A program made the position numbers and the translations under genes. The notes under the pieces are model-generated. The model saw nothing but the letters and a program-made list of their open reading frames with translations, was not told the origin of the DNA and searched no databases. Source: Octopus vulgaris (lineage: Eukaryota). From it: 64,000 nucleotides of DNA. Positions 25,986 to 39,416 of the stretch are shown here, in pieces. The stretch spans positions 21,266,001 to 21,330,000 of the forward strand of contig OX597839.1 in NCBI GenBank assembly GCA_951406725.2, read 5' to 3'. The first letter of the stretch is position 1. Every line of letters starts with the position of its first letter.

Positions 25986-26781
25986 CATGTCTCAATGAAA
26001 CAGTCACTGTTTTGTGGGGGGTGGGGATAGAATAACTGAAAACAAAAATAAAACATGAGACTAACAGTGCATCCTCTATGTGGTCACTTGAGCTACATGA
26101 AATAGGAACTGTATTTCTCTCAAAACACACTATCATCTTGAAAATTGCGTATTGGAAAATGCCTTTAAAAAGACAAAATGGCCATAAATGGATTGGCTTC
26201 AATCATAAGACAGCTTAATTTGGGGGCATGTCTCAATGAAATAGTCACTGTTTCGTGGGGGGTGGGGATAGAATAACTGAAAACAAAAATAAAACATGAG
26301 ACTAACAGTGCATCCTCTATGTGGTCACTTGTGCTACATGAAATAGGAACTGTATTTCCCTCAAAACACACTATCATCTTGAAAATTGCGTATTGGAAAA
26401 TGCCTTTAAAAAGACAAGATGGCCATAAATGGATTGGCTTCAATCATAAGACAGCTTAACCCTTTACCCAACAATTATTTTGAAGATAAATGTATTTTTT
26501 CAGACATATTTTTTAATTGTTTTATTTTACTATGTTTTGAATGGTGATTTCGAGGTATATTTCAAACCTTATTTATTATGGATTTTAATTCAATAATATT
26601 GATTTTAAATTACCGCTTTTGGCAGAAACGAGTTAACCCGTTTTTAGACGAAGGAACTCGTTTGCTGTCGATTTTGGCGAGTCTATCTTTTGACGAGTTA
26701 ACTCGCCAGAGATAGAAAAAAACGATTTTGGTCAACACGAATATATTCGTTTCTGCCGGGTAAGGGGTTAATTTGGGGGCA
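25986..26781. repeat. 241-bp tandem duplication; second copy interrupted by a P3 MITE
   Basis: catgtctcaatgaaa starts at 25986 and 26227; the copies differ at only a few positions. Confidence 0.92.
26460..26767. mobile_element. piggyBac-type MITE family P3 (308 bp)
   Basis: TTAA|CCCTTTACCCAACA...TGCCGGGTAAGGGG|TTAA; empty site cagcTTAAtttggggg preserved in the first duplicate. Confidence 0.9.
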
Positions 26782-27014
26782 GACAAAGAGGCTGGCAACT
26801 ATCGAAGAATATCAATGAATTGTGTTGTGTAAATTAAGCATGTGGTGGCGGCTGGAGAGAAAGGGCGTGAATGAGAAGGAAAGAAGTGAAGGGGAGAAAA
26901 TCAATTTATAATGGGTGACCGGTGTGTGTGTGTGTGTGTGTGTGTACATGTTAGAACATGTTGGAAATTATCTTCTGATTCTACAACCACGTGTAAGATT
27001 ATGTGTGTGTGTTT

Positions 27015-27699
27015 GTAAACAAACAAACAAGAAGTTCTCAGTTCTTGTCCCTGCCCTCTTCCACTCTCAATGGCCTGCTGGTCGTCATTATTGAACAACC
27101 CCGAGCAGGTCGAAGAGAGAGACAAGGCCTGAGAACTTTCTTGTTTGTTTACATACAGGAGTGGCTGTGTGGTAAGTAGCTTGCTAACCAACCACATGGT
27201 TCTGGGTTCAGTCCCACTGCGTGGCATCTTGGGTAAGTGTCTTCTGCTATAGCCCCGGGCTGACCAATGCCTTGTGAGTGGATTTGGTAGACGGAAACTG
27301 AAAGAAGCCTGTCGTATATATGTATATATATATATTAGTGTGTGTGTATATGTTTGTGTGTCTGTGTTTGTCCCCCTAGCATTGCTTGACAACCGATGCT
27401 GATGTGTTTATGTCCCCGTTACTTAGCGGTTCGGCAAAAGAGACCGATAGAATAAGTACTGGGCTTACAAAAGAATAAGTCCCGGGGTCGAGTTTCTCGA
27501 TTAAAGGCGGTGCTCCAGCATGGCCACAGTCAAATGACTGAAACAAGTAAAAGAGTAAACAAACAAGAATTTCTCAGTCCTTGTCCCTGCCCTTTTCCAC
27601 TCTCAATGGCCTGCTGGTCGTTATTATTGAACAACCCCGAGCAGGTCATTTGAGAGAGGAAGAGAGAGACAAGACCTGAGAACTTTCTTGTTTGTTTAC
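27015..27699. mobile_element. Two ~140-bp foldback (TIR) units (27015-27152, 27555-27699) flanking a SINE A (27156-27556, + strand)
   Basis: Each unit reads gtaaacaaacaagaa..ttctcag..cttgtc ... gacaag.cctgagaactttcttgtttgtttac. Confidence 0.85.
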
Positions 27700-27980
27700 A
27701 TACACATGCTCGTGGAACCAGAAGACCATGTGGTTGGTAGGAAGCAACAACTTACCACACGGCCACATCTGCACTTCTATGATTATATTTATTATGTGAG
27801 CTCAATATAGATATTTGTAACCCCACTCATCATCTTATGTGAGAGTGCAGCACTTAACCTAACGTATTCACAAGATATAGCCCTTGTTATACACACAAAT
27901 TCAAACACACACAACAAGCTTTTGTACATTTTCTACCAAGCAAATTGTTGTTTGAAACTGCACAAAGGTCTGAAGATTAA

Positions 27981-28199
27981 CCCTTTAGTATTTAAACCGG
28001 CCCTATCCGGCCAAAATAGCTAATCTGTTTTATGTTCAAACTGACCAGATCCAGGCTCTCACACCTACCCCACAATGTTATTCTACATTAAGTAATTACA
28101 CCATCAAGATCTTGAAGATATGAGATAATGCATGATTGATTCAAATCAATGTGAATCAATAAGCATTATGTTTGATAGAATAATCTGAACACTAAAGGG
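27981..28199. mobile_element. P1 MITE (young subfamily, 219 bp)
   Basis: TTAA TSD; near-identical to 37515-37733 and to the reverse complement of 48220-48438. Confidence 0.92.
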
Positions 28200-28265
28200 T
28201 TAAGCAACTAAATCAACAAATAAGCCCAGTGGTTAATGTAGTCCTTGATACACTATGAGTAGAGA

Positions 28266-28598
28266 GTGAAGGCATTTAGCTAAGTGATTAGGGTATTTAA
28301 CTCACAACTGTAAGGTTGCGAGTTCAATTCCCAGCAGCACATTATGTCCTTGAGCAAGACACTTTATTTCACTTTATTGCCCCAGTCCACTCCGCTGGAA
28401 AGAATGAGTTATACCTGTAATTCAAAAGGGGCCTGCTATGTCACATTCTGTGTCCAATGCTGAATCTTCCTGAGAACTACATTAAGGGTATGCATGTCTG
28501 TGGGGTGCTCAGCCACTTGAACCTTAATTTCATAAGCAGGCTGTTCCATTGATCAGATCAACTGGAACCCTTAACATCGTAATTGACAGGGGGCCAGT
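28266..28598 (+). mobile_element. Old SINE family D copy (short form)
   Basis: Collinear with 34241-34565. Confidence 0.8.
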
Positions 28599-29136
28599 TA
28601 TGAGTAGAGAAAAGATGGGGTCATCACAAATAGAACATCTTTGATCATAATACATCAACTGAATCAGTCTTGATCAGGAGCAAAACAACAACAAAAGGAT
28701 CACTTGACTTACTAGAAATAGCAGTCCAATCTTCAAATCACACTATACTATTTTAAATGAAAGGACACATCAGATAATGTTGAACTCCTCCGCCTAAAAA
28801 AAAGTGGGGTTGATCATGGTTGCAATACTTTTGATCATAGGTGGCTGAATAATTTTAGGTACCAGATTACAAGTTAAAATCTAGGGAAGAGTTTAGAGCC
28901 ACAACATATGTTATAATTTGTTACCTACACCGTTTTCATATTCTGGGCCCTCCTCCTCCTCTTCTTACTGATTTAATACTACCCCTGCCTCTTGTTCCTC
29001 TACGCCCCCAACACTTCATCTCATCAGTTTCATGTTTTCTTTTTTCTGCAAATATCTAGATTAATTCAACCCCATTTGTGTACACCCACATATACCTACA
29101 TATATTCAGAGACGAAAACAAACACATACATGTGTG

Positions 29137-29193
<57 letters not shown>

Positions 29194-29394
29194 AATATTA
29201 GGGAATAAATCCAAACTTACAGGGAAGAAGACAGGAAACGATCGTAGTGGATATTAATTATATATTTTAATAATTGTTGCATATCTAAATAATATAAATT
29301 AATTTATGTATTGGCTTAAGTCTTTCATTGTTTGATTTGCCTAATAGTGGTTTTGTCTCTAATTTAATATAATATATATATATATATATATATA

Positions 29395-29825
29395 TGGCTG
29401 ATGCTGGTGTCATGCCAGTGGTACATACGAAGTACCTTTCAAGCATTTAGCCTCACAGAGGTAAAGTGGCTGATGCCGGTGCCATGTGAAAGCTCCTTTT
29501 GAGAGTTGGGCCTCACGGAGGCAATGACCAAGACCTTTGGCATTATGTTGTGCTTGAGAAGAAGACCCATCAAGCCAAGTAAAATCACAGCTGTGGCAGA
29601 TACCAGTGTCACACAAATAGCACCCGTGCCAGTGGTACATAAAAGCACCTATTACACTCTCGGAGTGGTTGGTTTTTAGGATGGTCATCCTGCTGTTGAA
29701 ACCATGCCAAATCAGGCTGGGGTCTAGTGCAGCCTTCCAGCTTACCAGCCCTGGTCAAACTGTCCAACCCATGCCAGCATGAACAATGGATGCTAAATGA
29801 TGATGATGATGATGATGATGATGAC
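29395..29825 (+). mobile_element. Family C-related RTE 3' UTR, older subfamily
   Basis: Shares the (GAT)n tail and gtgccagtggtac hairpins; sister copy at 47845-48140. Confidence 0.75.
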
Positions 29826-30137
29826 ACACACACATTAGCACGGAGCACAAAATATACTGAAAAATACTAAGAAGATATATCTACATATAATCTGTTAACT
29901 CAAGCCACTGCCTTAAGCTGGCAGCTTGGGATTAGAACACACGCACGAATATTGGGTGTCATTAGACACACTGACTTCCACATGCATACCCAGACCAACA
30001 CACAGACAGACACAGGGAAATCAAACTGGTGAGACTAGAAATAAAAGAACAATGAAACTGAATATAGTAAAGCATTTTGTGAACGTGCAGATACCAACAC
30101 ACACAAGCCCTCACACACACATATATACATACACAAG

Positions 30138-30406
30138 CTGGCACCTGTGTCGGTGGCACATAAAAAACACCATCCGAGCGTGGCCGTTCGCCAGCCTCGT
30201 CTGGCACCTGTGTCGGTGGCACATAAAATCACCCACTACACTCTCGGAGTGGTTGGCGTTAGGAAGGGCATCCAGCTGTAGAAACACTGCCAGATCTGAC
30301 TGGCCTGGTGCAGCCTTCGGGCTCCCCAGACCCCAGTTGAACCGTCCAACCCATGCTAGCTAGCATGGAAAGCGGACGTTAAATGATGATGATGATGATG
30401 ATGATG
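30138..30406 (+). mobile_element. Family C (RTE 3' UTR) young fragment
   Basis: Near-identical to 5160-5430. Confidence 0.9.
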
Positions 30407-31374
30407 AAGCTCACACACACATATATACACACAGAAGAAAATATAAATCTTAATATTTTGAAAGGTTTCAATTATTTTTGATACCATTCCATTGTTAAGG
30501 TTGTTTATACCACAACAAGCAGAATAATATTACAATTAATGTTTGATAACAGACATAAGGTTATGTGGGGTACAAACAATTATATTGATAATAATACTTG
30601 ATGGGGTGGGGTTACTGGCTATGAAAGAATAAAAAGCAAAGACAATCCCCAGTTAGAAACAAAGAAGAATATACAGGGTAAGGTAACCAAATACAATGGG
30701 ACCTCACTTTACAAGAACTTCTCTGGGACAAGGTGGTGAGGCATGGCCTTCAAATGTCGCCAATGACAAGTGACAGATCTTTGGTGACATGCTGTTCTTG
30801 AGATGACTCTTCATGAAATCATAGTCGTGGCCATTGTTAGTGTCATGTAAATGGCACCCACGCTGGTGGCATATAAAAAGGCACCCATTACACTCTTGGA
30901 GTGGTTGGCATTAAGAAACCATGCCAAGTCAGAGTAGAACCTGGTCCAGCTCTCAGGCTTTCTAGTTCCAGTCAAACAGTCTAACTCATGCCAGCATGGA
31001 AAGCAGATGTTAAATGATGTTGTTGATGATAAAACATTTTAGGTGATGAACAGTGTCTTGAGTAATGAACATGCAAGCTGGCACCAACGGTTGGTGACAA
31101 GCAGAGAATATCAGTGGGAAAGAGTTAGCAGCCATCTAGCTTTCACTTAGTGCGCATCCTTGATTGAATATGAGGTGCATTCTCTTAAATTTCCTATGGG
31201 AAAACTAGTTTCAGTTTACAGGCATTTTGGGAGATGAATAGCCTTCAAGAGCAGATCAAATTCATACACCAAGGTTCCGCTGTATACACCCAGTGAAAAC
31301 TCCTCTTGAAATTAATTTTACAGTGAGACTAGGTGCATATATTAATGACTGTATGTGAATGAGTGTATGTGAAA

Positions 31375-31587
31375 GGCGGTGAGCTGGCAGAAACGTTAGC
31401 ACGCCGGGCGAAACGCTCACTGGTATTTCGTCTGCCGCTACGTTCTCAGTTCAAATTCCGCCGAGGTCGACTTTGCCTTTCATCCTTTCGGGGTCGATTA
31501 AATAAGTACCAGTTACGCACTGGGGTCGATTTAATCCGTTTGTCTGTCCTCTCTCTGTTTAGCCCCTTGTGGGTAGTAAAGAAATAG
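31375..31587 (+). mobile_element. SINE family B monomer
   Basis: Head ggcggtgagctggcagaaacgttagc to tail aaagaaatag; gtatgtgaa present on both flanks. Confidence 0.9.
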
Positions 31588-31699
31588 GTATGTGAATGAG
31601 TGTGTACATGTGTGTGTGTGTGTGTGTGTGTGTCTGTGTGTGCACATGTACACATGGAGATCGTGCCAAAAATAATGCAAGTAACTGAAAACAATCAAG

Positions 31700-31950
31700 A
31701 ATCACACATTTTTGGTAAAGCAAACAATCAGACACTTAGCAAAGTGGGTTGGTAAGATGGTCTGCCATCCAATGTACAGCCCAAATCTGGTGTCGTCTGA
31801 CTTGTACCTGTTCAGTCTAATGAAGGACAGACAGTCTTCAGAAGAATTTGATGAGACAGAGGAGGTGAAAGTTGCTGTGAAGAAATGGGTGCAACTATGA
31901 ATCAGTTGTGATGGAGAGTCTGACATGTTACTGCTACAGAGACTCATCAG
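31700..31950 (+). pseudogene. Mariner transposase C-terminal remnant
   Basis: HPMYSPNLVSSDLYLFSLMK...F...EEVKVAVKKW matches the mariner HPPYSPDLAPSD(F/Y)xLF motif region. Confidence 0.75.
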
Positions 31951-32032
31951 TTGTACAATCTGGGCAATCAGCCTCCAATGTGGGTAAATGAGAAAGTTAT
32001 GGCTGGCCCCTTTTACATTTTCATTGATCCCT

Positions 32033-33018
32033 CATCATCATCATTTAACGTCCGCTTTCCATGCTAGCATGGGTTGGACGGGTCAACTGGGGTCTGTGAA
32101 GCTGGAAGGCTTCGTCAGGCCCAGTCAGATCTGGCAGTGTTTCTACGGCTGGATGCCCTTCCTAACGCCAACCACTCCGCGAGTGTAGTGGGTGCTTTTT
32201 ACGTGCCACCCTCACACGCACATAAATACAGAGAGGGGGAAAGAGAATGAGTGAGATGTGTACATACAGGAGTGATTGTGTGGTAAGAAGCTTGCTTCCC
32301 AACCACATGGTTCTGGGTTCAGTTCCAGTGTGAAACCTTCAGCAAGTGTCTTCTACTATAGCCTCAGGCCGATGAAAGCCTTGTGAATGGATATGGTAGA
32401 CAGAACACTGAAAGAGGCCCATCGTGTGTGTGTGTTTGCCACCACCCCCATCACTTGACAACCAATGTTGGTGTGTTTACGTCCCTGAAACTTAGCAGTT
32501 CGGCAATAAAGACCAATAGAATAAGTACTAGGCTTACAATGAGTAAGTCCTAAGGTTGATTTGTTCAACCAAAGGCAGTGCTCTAGCATGGCTGCAATCA
32601 AATGACTGAAACAAAAGAATACAAAAAAAATAAATAAATGTGTGTGTGTGTGTGTGTGTGTAAATGCACCAACGTGTAGAGTGATAGAAACAGATTACAT
32701 GGCATTTATATATATTACCATAAAATAAATGGGATTTGCTACAGACGGCTATACTCTATATACTCTCTTTTACTTGTTTCAGTCATTTGACTGCGGCCAT
32801 GCTGGGGCACCGCCTTTAGTCGAGCAAATCGACCCCGGGACTTATTCTTTGTAAGCCCAGTACTTATTCTATCGGTCTCTTTTTGCCGAACCGCTAAGTG
32901 ACAGGGACGTAAACACACCAGCATCGGTTGTCAAGCAATGCTAGGGGCACAAACACAGACACACAAACACACACATACATATACATATATACGACAGGCT
33001 TCTTTCAGTTTCCGTCTA
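32033..33018. mobile_element. Cluster: family C (32033-32210, -), old SINE A (32268-32620, +), 5'-truncated SINE A (32762-33018, -)
   Basis: Similarity to other copies in the window. Confidence 0.85.
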
Positions 33019-33201
33019 TCTGAATAAATTCCTCAGAAAATGAACCAACACCTGAATACATCTCAGCAAATAACAACTACCTCCCTGAGTAGGATATCAG
33101 GTCCTGAAACAAGACTTAAAAGACTATTCCTGATGGTTAGATGGCTTGAACCAATAATGGCCAAAACATGTAACTTCTCCAAGTAGATGTAGTATTATAC
33201 A

Positions 33202-33234
<33 letters not shown>

Positions 33235-33512
33235 TTTTTTATGAAGTGATATTTTATACATCAAAATAATCTAGTAGCTTAATAATAACAACGGTAACTC
33301 TTAGTAGCTCTTACGTTTTCAGTGGTCTAAGGGACCTTGTAACAAGCGAATGCTAAAAACACAAAAATCTAAGAATAAAGCTAGAAATGTAGTAGTGGGA
33401 AAAAAAAGTGGGGGGTGGGGGTGGCGGGACTCTGAACCCCTCAGCACCACCACCACACACCAACTCTTACTACCACTAAATGCTTGCTAGTGGTGGTGGT
33501 GGTGGTGTACAG

Positions 33513-33563
<51 letters not shown>

Positions 33564-33631
33564 TATACATACACACATCTACATACACACATATATATAT
33601 ATATATATGTGTGTATGTATATATATATGTA

Positions 33632-33663
<32 letters not shown>

Positions 33664-34240
33664 ATGAATGTAGGCATATAGCTTGTTTTACATTTTGACA
33701 TGAACAGCCTTCCCCACCTCCACATACCCCCTTAGCCTTCCCCACCCCCACACACCCCCTTTGCCCTCCAAGTGACAGCTGTGTCTAGTTTCTGTAAATT
33801 TGCAGTGACTATAAGTACAAAGTATAATCGGATTGCAGACTGTAAATAGCCAATGGCTATGTGACAATGACCTGGCAACCGGTTAGGGAGGTGGGGGGAC
33901 AACAAAAAAAACAAAAAAACAAAGTAAGAAATAAATAAGAAAAATGGAAAGAAAGAAAGAAAATAGAGGAGAAACTACTGGTTGGTGAGTAAGGAATGGT
34001 TTCTTTCACTGTTTTCATCTATTATCAGAGTAGTTGACAGAGACAAATGTAAATATTATACAATGTGTTTGTGGAGAGATGGAACAGGTATAATATATAT
34101 GTTGCACATTTCAACTCTGCTTGGAGTCACATCAACAATCATTGGATTGGTAAGAAAGTCATTTCATTTTTAGCAGAGTTTTGATTTTTTTAATGACTTT
34201 TGTCAATGTTATGATTTTTTCCCCCCTTTTAACATTTGAT

Positions 34241-34565
34241 TGTGAGGGCGCGTGGCTTAGTGGTTAGGGCATTCGGCTCATGATCGTAAAGTTGTGAGTT
34301 CGATTCCCGGTGACACATTGTGTCCTTGAGCAAGACACTTTATTTCATGTTGCTCCAGTCCACTCAGCTGGCAAAAATGAGTCGTACTTGTATTTCAAAG
34401 GGTCAGCCTTGTCACTCTCTGTGTCACGCTGATTATCCCCGAGAACTACGTTATGGGTACACGTGTCTGTGGAATGCTCAGCCATTTGCACGTTAATTTC
34501 ACGAGCAAGCTGTTCCGTTGATTGTATCAGCTGGGACCCTCATCGTCGTAACCGGCGGAGTCTTT
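34241..34565 (+). mobile_element. SINE family D short form (OR1-like, tentative)
   Basis: tRNA head gcgcgtggcttagtggttaggg...gagttcgattccc; tail ccctcatcgtcgtaaccggcggagt; 14-bp TSD ttttaacatttgat (34227-34240, 34566-34579). Confidence 0.9.
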
Positions 34566-34630
34566 TTTTAACATTTGATAGCCATTACTTTTAGCTAACT
34601 TTAGAAGCAAATTGCAAGTAATTTTGTTTA

Positions 34631-34990
34631 TCATCATCATCATTGTTCGACCATGGTTGAGACAATGGAATTTACCATGCTACGCCAGACTTCATGGTCC
34701 ATCATTGCATTACGGAGGTCCTGTTGCTGGATGCCTGTATCCCTGGAGATTACATCAGGGTAGAAGAGTGTGCACCCTCTGGTATTGCGAGTAGATGGCT
34801 TCCAGAGGAGAAGAGTAGAAATTACTTCTTTTTCAGCTCTACAACAATGTCCAGCAAACTGGACTCTCCTACCTTTCACAAGAGATGACACAGGTGGTAG
34901 TTTCCCATATATTTGCATTTTGGTTGGATGAGATTTTGAGCTCTCATAAGGAGTCGAGTGTAGGTTCCATCCAACCGCCTCTCATGTTTA
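34631..34990 (-). pseudogene. RTE-group LINE ORF C-terminus, 5'-truncated, (TGA)n tail
   Basis: RLDGTYTRLLMRAQN...IYGKLPPVSSLVKGRRVQFAGHCCRAEKEVISTLLLWKP...AMMDHEVWR; stop codon runs directly into (TGA)n. Confidence 0.85.
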
Positions 34991-36281
34991 TAGCTGTTAG
35001 TTCAGTGCCAATTTTAGCATGGATTGCAAGAAAGAATCTTTTTACCATATTCTGCTTTTTTATTTCCATAAAGGCAAGAAAGCTGCTGAGGCTCGAAAGA
35101 GATATGTGAAGTTTATGGTGTTGATTGCTTAACAGAAATGGTTTTAAAGATTCTGTTCTGGAGATTTTTCACTCAAAGATGACCAACGTTCCTGTTGACA
35201 TACTGAAGTTGTTGATGACTGAGTCAAAGCCATAATTGAATCTGATTGTCATATAACTGTGTGAGAGATTGCAGAGAGGTTAAACGTATCACACACAACA
35301 ATTGGAAATCATTTAAAATGTCTTGGATTCGTTAAGAAGCTCAGTATTTGGGTTCCATATACATTAACAGAGATTCACTTAACACAACGAATCAATATTT
35401 GCGACATGCATCTCAAATGCAATAAAATCGACCGCTTTTTGAAATGTATCATCGCTGATGATTAAAAATGGATGTCTACAATAATAACATCAATTGAAAA
35501 CTATCTTGATCTAAGCATAATGAACCAGCACAAACCACATCAAAATAAGGTCAATTTGATGGGATTACAAAGGTGTTGTGTATTTTGAGCTGCTTCCAAG
35601 AAACCAAATGATCAATTCAGATCTTTACTGTCAACAACTAATGAAACTGGAGGAAGCAGTCGGAGAAAATCAACCACAATTGGCAAATCGTAAAGGAATC
35701 GTGTTTCGCCATGACAACGCTAGACCACACACATCTTAGCTAACTCATGAAAAACTATTGGAGCTTGGTTGGGAAGTGATGTTACATCCACCACATGGCC
35801 CCGACCTTTGCACCATCAGATTACCATTTATTTCAAAGCTTGCAAAATTCAAAGAATTTTGCAAACTTTCAATAATGATGAAATCGCACTTGCTTCAGTT
35901 TTTGGCTGACCAGACGTTTAAGAGTGTAGAATCATGAAGTTGCCAGAAAGAGGGCAAAAGGTCATCGAACAAAATGGAAAATATATATAAGTAATTAGGG
36001 TTCATTCCCCCTCTCTCTCTCTTTCGGAGAGGCACAAGCACCTACACGCACATATACACACACGGCAGTAACTTCCGCCTGCCAAATTCAATCACAAAGC
36101 TTCGGTTGGCTCGGGGCTATAGTGGAAGACACCTACCCAAAGTGCCACGCAGTGGGACTGAACCCGAAACCATGTAGCTAGGAAGCAAGCTCCCTAACCA
36201 CACAGCCATGCCCATTGTATGAAAATAAAATGGCTTTTATTTCACACTAAAAAACCAAAATTACTTTCTTGCTAACCCAAT
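34990..36281 (+). mobile_element. Decayed mariner (DD34D) element, 5' TIR missing, 3' TIR present, SINE A2 inserted near the 3' end
   Basis: HTH region (EIAERLNVSHTTI), WVP, WDYKGVVYFELLP, HDNARPHT, WEVMLHPPHGPDL/APSDYHLF; 3' end attactttcttgctaacccaa|TA; many stops and frameshifts. Confidence 0.92.
36008..36213 (-). mobile_element. SINE A2 inserted in mariner
   Basis: Reverse complement matches 1355-1567. Confidence 0.8.
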
Positions 36282-36998
36282 AGTTCCCTTTCTACATTAC
36301 TTACAAACCTATGGATATTACTGGTAGCCAACTGGGTAGACTAATTTGCATATTTAACACTTTTTTTGGCAGATAGTTTGAATATTAAATTACAGATGTT
36401 ATATTTCAAGTACAATATAGAGCAAGTGATTCGATGGCTTCTAACAGAATCGATGTCAACTGTAACCAGTGGAACAAGAAGGTGAGCAGCGCATACACAA
36501 TGCAACTGTGCAACAGTGATGATGCTGCAATGCACGTGGAGCTGATTAGAACTGAAACCTAACCACTTCGGTCCCATCACCATTTCACCTATTCTGCATG
36601 CTATAGGAACAACACCAGCCCTCAACACATGGCTAGATGAAGTGTCTGTATCAGCTACACACTATCTAGGTCAAGTTATCAACTTAGTTTCTGTAGCTCA
36701 TTAAGAGAGCAATTTATAAAGGTTGTTATCATTAATCAAGGTTATGTTGTTTAATTATATATATATATATGTATGTATGTATAAATATGTATATGTGTGC
36801 GTGTGTGTATATATATATATAAATATATATATAAATGTCTAAGAGCATTAAGTACTACTTCTGGTTTACATGCAAGGAGTGTGTGTACATACAAAAAAAA
36901 AAACGAAAGAGAAGAACTGAAGGACTTGTGTATATAATGTAACAAAGAGGCTTTGCTACTGATAACGCAGTCAAAATAAACATTTAAAGAAGCCGGTA

Positions 36999-37032
<34 letters not shown>

Positions 37033-37061
37033 TCTAAGTAGAAGAGGAAGAGAGAAAGGGG

Positions 37062-37283
37062 AGCAGCCATCAAAGGAACCTTTACATAGTTGGTCAATAT
37101 GCTAGAAACAACAGACAAGTCTCTCAAACTACACCTTATTTTCTTAAACAAGGAAAAGACATTAGATAGATAAGGTAGTCATCCAAACCTGTAAAGAGCT
37201 GGAAAGGTCATAGTTGGAATGTCTGACTATGGGTCTGTTAGAACAGGGCTGACCTGGGACTAAGGGCTAACCAACAACAACTA
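37062..37283 (+). mobile_element. Old dispersed repeat family E with (AAC)n tail (representative copy)
   Basis: Motifs tgctagaaatagcag...tcttaaa...gggctgacctgggg..aaacaacaac recur at ~520-690, 4660-4850, 5630-6040, 6130-6280, 28600-28850, 52350-52880, and on the minus strand at 3430-3570 and 62540-62740. Confidence 0.65.
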
Positions 37284-37514
37284 CAATTGTTATTGGAGAG
37301 ACAGACAGACAAAGTATGATGTAATGGCATGAGAGGAAGGGAGTTACATCCGCAGTGAAGTCTTCCCACTGATCCCTCGCAAAAATAATTGCAGTATTAC
37401 ATAAATCATGGTTACAAACTTTGCTGCAAGACCACAACTAGTTTTGGAGAAAGGACAAGGGGCTGATTGACCACCCTATGCCTCAGTACTCAATTGCTTT
37501 CAACTTTTTTTTAA

Positions 37515-37972
37515 CCCTTTAGTATTTAAACCGGCCATATCCGGCCAAAATATTAAATCTGTTTTATGTTCAAACTGACCAGATCCAGGCTCTCACACCT
37601 ACCCTACAATGTTATTCTACATTAAGTAATTACACCATCAAGATCTTGAAGATATGAGAAAATGCATGATTAATTCGAATCAATGTGAATCAATAAGCAT
37701 TGTGTTTGATAGAATAATCTGAACACTAAAGGGTTAAACCAGATTTAACCTTTCAGCACTTAAAACTGGTCATATCCAGCCAAAATTTTCTACTTGTTTT
37801 ATGTTCAAACTGGCCAGATTTGGCTTCTCACGTCTACCCAACAATGCCATTCTAAAAATAAACAATCACATCATCATCATCATAATATCGAAGCTACAAG
37901 GTAATGCAGGATTAACTCAAAATAATGAGAATGAATAAATGTTGCATTAACAGAATAGTCTGAATGCTAAAG
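37515..37972. mobile_element. Two adjacent P1 MITEs (young 37515-37733; older ~37748-37972)
   Basis: First copy has a TTAA TSD; second is collinear and diverged. Confidence 0.88.
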
Positions 37973-38071
37973 AATGAAAGAATGAAGGAGGAAGTGAACC
38001 GTGACAGCAAATGAATTGAGGAAAATAAAGGATTATCACTAAATACTGCGAACATTCACTGCAATGGCTTT

Positions 38072-38405
38072 CATCATCATCATCATCATCATCATCATCG
38101 TTTAACGTCCGTTCTCCATGCTAGCATGGGTTGGACGGTTCGACCGGGGATCTGGGAAGCCAGAAGGCTGCACCAGGCTCCAGTCTTATCTGGCAATGTT
38201 TCTACAGCTGGATGCCCTTCCTAACGCCAACCACTCCGTGAGTGTAGTGGGTGCTTTTTACGTGCCACCTGCACAGGTGCCAGGCGAGGCTGGCAACGGC
38301 TACGGTCGGATTGGTGTATTTTACGTGCCACCAGCACGGAAGCCAGTCGAGGCGGCGCTGGCATCGGCCACGAGTCGGATAGTGCTTTTTACGTACCACC
38401 AGACC
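38072..38405 (-). mobile_element. Family C variant (RTE 3' UTR)
   Basis: (CAT)n tail; repeated ttttacgtgccacc units with different spacers. Confidence 0.85.
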
Positions 38406-39416
38406 AAGGATCCTGGCTTTAGAAATAGAAAACAACATTTACAAGGGTAACATTTTTAAATCCTGGAATATTCATTCATCGAAGTGCCAATAAAAGTGTG
38501 TGTGTGTTTGTGAGTGTGAAAGGTTACTTTTTAAAAGAGAGTGAAAGGCAATTGAGTTAATTAAAGCCAGTAAATGATCAACGAAATCAAGTTAAAACCT
38601 GGAGAATTTGAACCTAAGCTTCATGACAGGACGTGATGGTTCTAAATTTCATATTGTGAAGCTTCATATACAATAACTTTCAAAAAGGTTTTATCACTAT
38701 TTCTATTGACTTAATAATATATACAGAAGGCAAGAAAAGACGTGAGAGCAGTGAAATGTGGTTTGAATAATGATGCAAAAGAGAGAGAACATCTCAAAAC
38801 TGCACCAAGATAGGATGGTTAAAAATAAACAAAGTAATAATTTTGAACATCACAATAATAATAATAATAATAATAATAATTGCTTGATAAGAATGATAAA
38901 CGAAAATAATCTTCAAATCGGCTTTAATTTTTGAGAAGTGCAGAGTCACAGGGTCAGCTTATGTACTGACTGATGTAATTCTTGAATACATAGCAAAGAT
39001 TTTGTGTGTGTGTCATTGTTTGTCCCCCACTACTACTTGACAGCTAGTGTTCATGTGTCTACCTCCCATGTAACTTAGTAGTTCAGCAAAAGTGACCAAT
39101 AGAATAAGTACCAGGTTTGACCAAAACGACAGGTTGATTCTAATTCAAGCAACTAAAATCTAAAATTGCTTCAAGGCAGTGCCCCAGCATGGCCACAGTC
39201 TAATGACTGAAACAAATTAAAAAGACAAAACATAAAAAGGCTGCTTCTAAACAGCTCACAACTTGTGTGATGGCCGGGGGGGGGGGGGCAGTGAAAGATA
39301 GGCAAATTAAGGTCAACTATATTAAACTGATAGAAAACAACACCACCACCACCACCACCACCACCGTACAGCTGTTGATTTTGCTACTAAAGGTTCACCT
39401 GTCCTGCTCTAGTATA

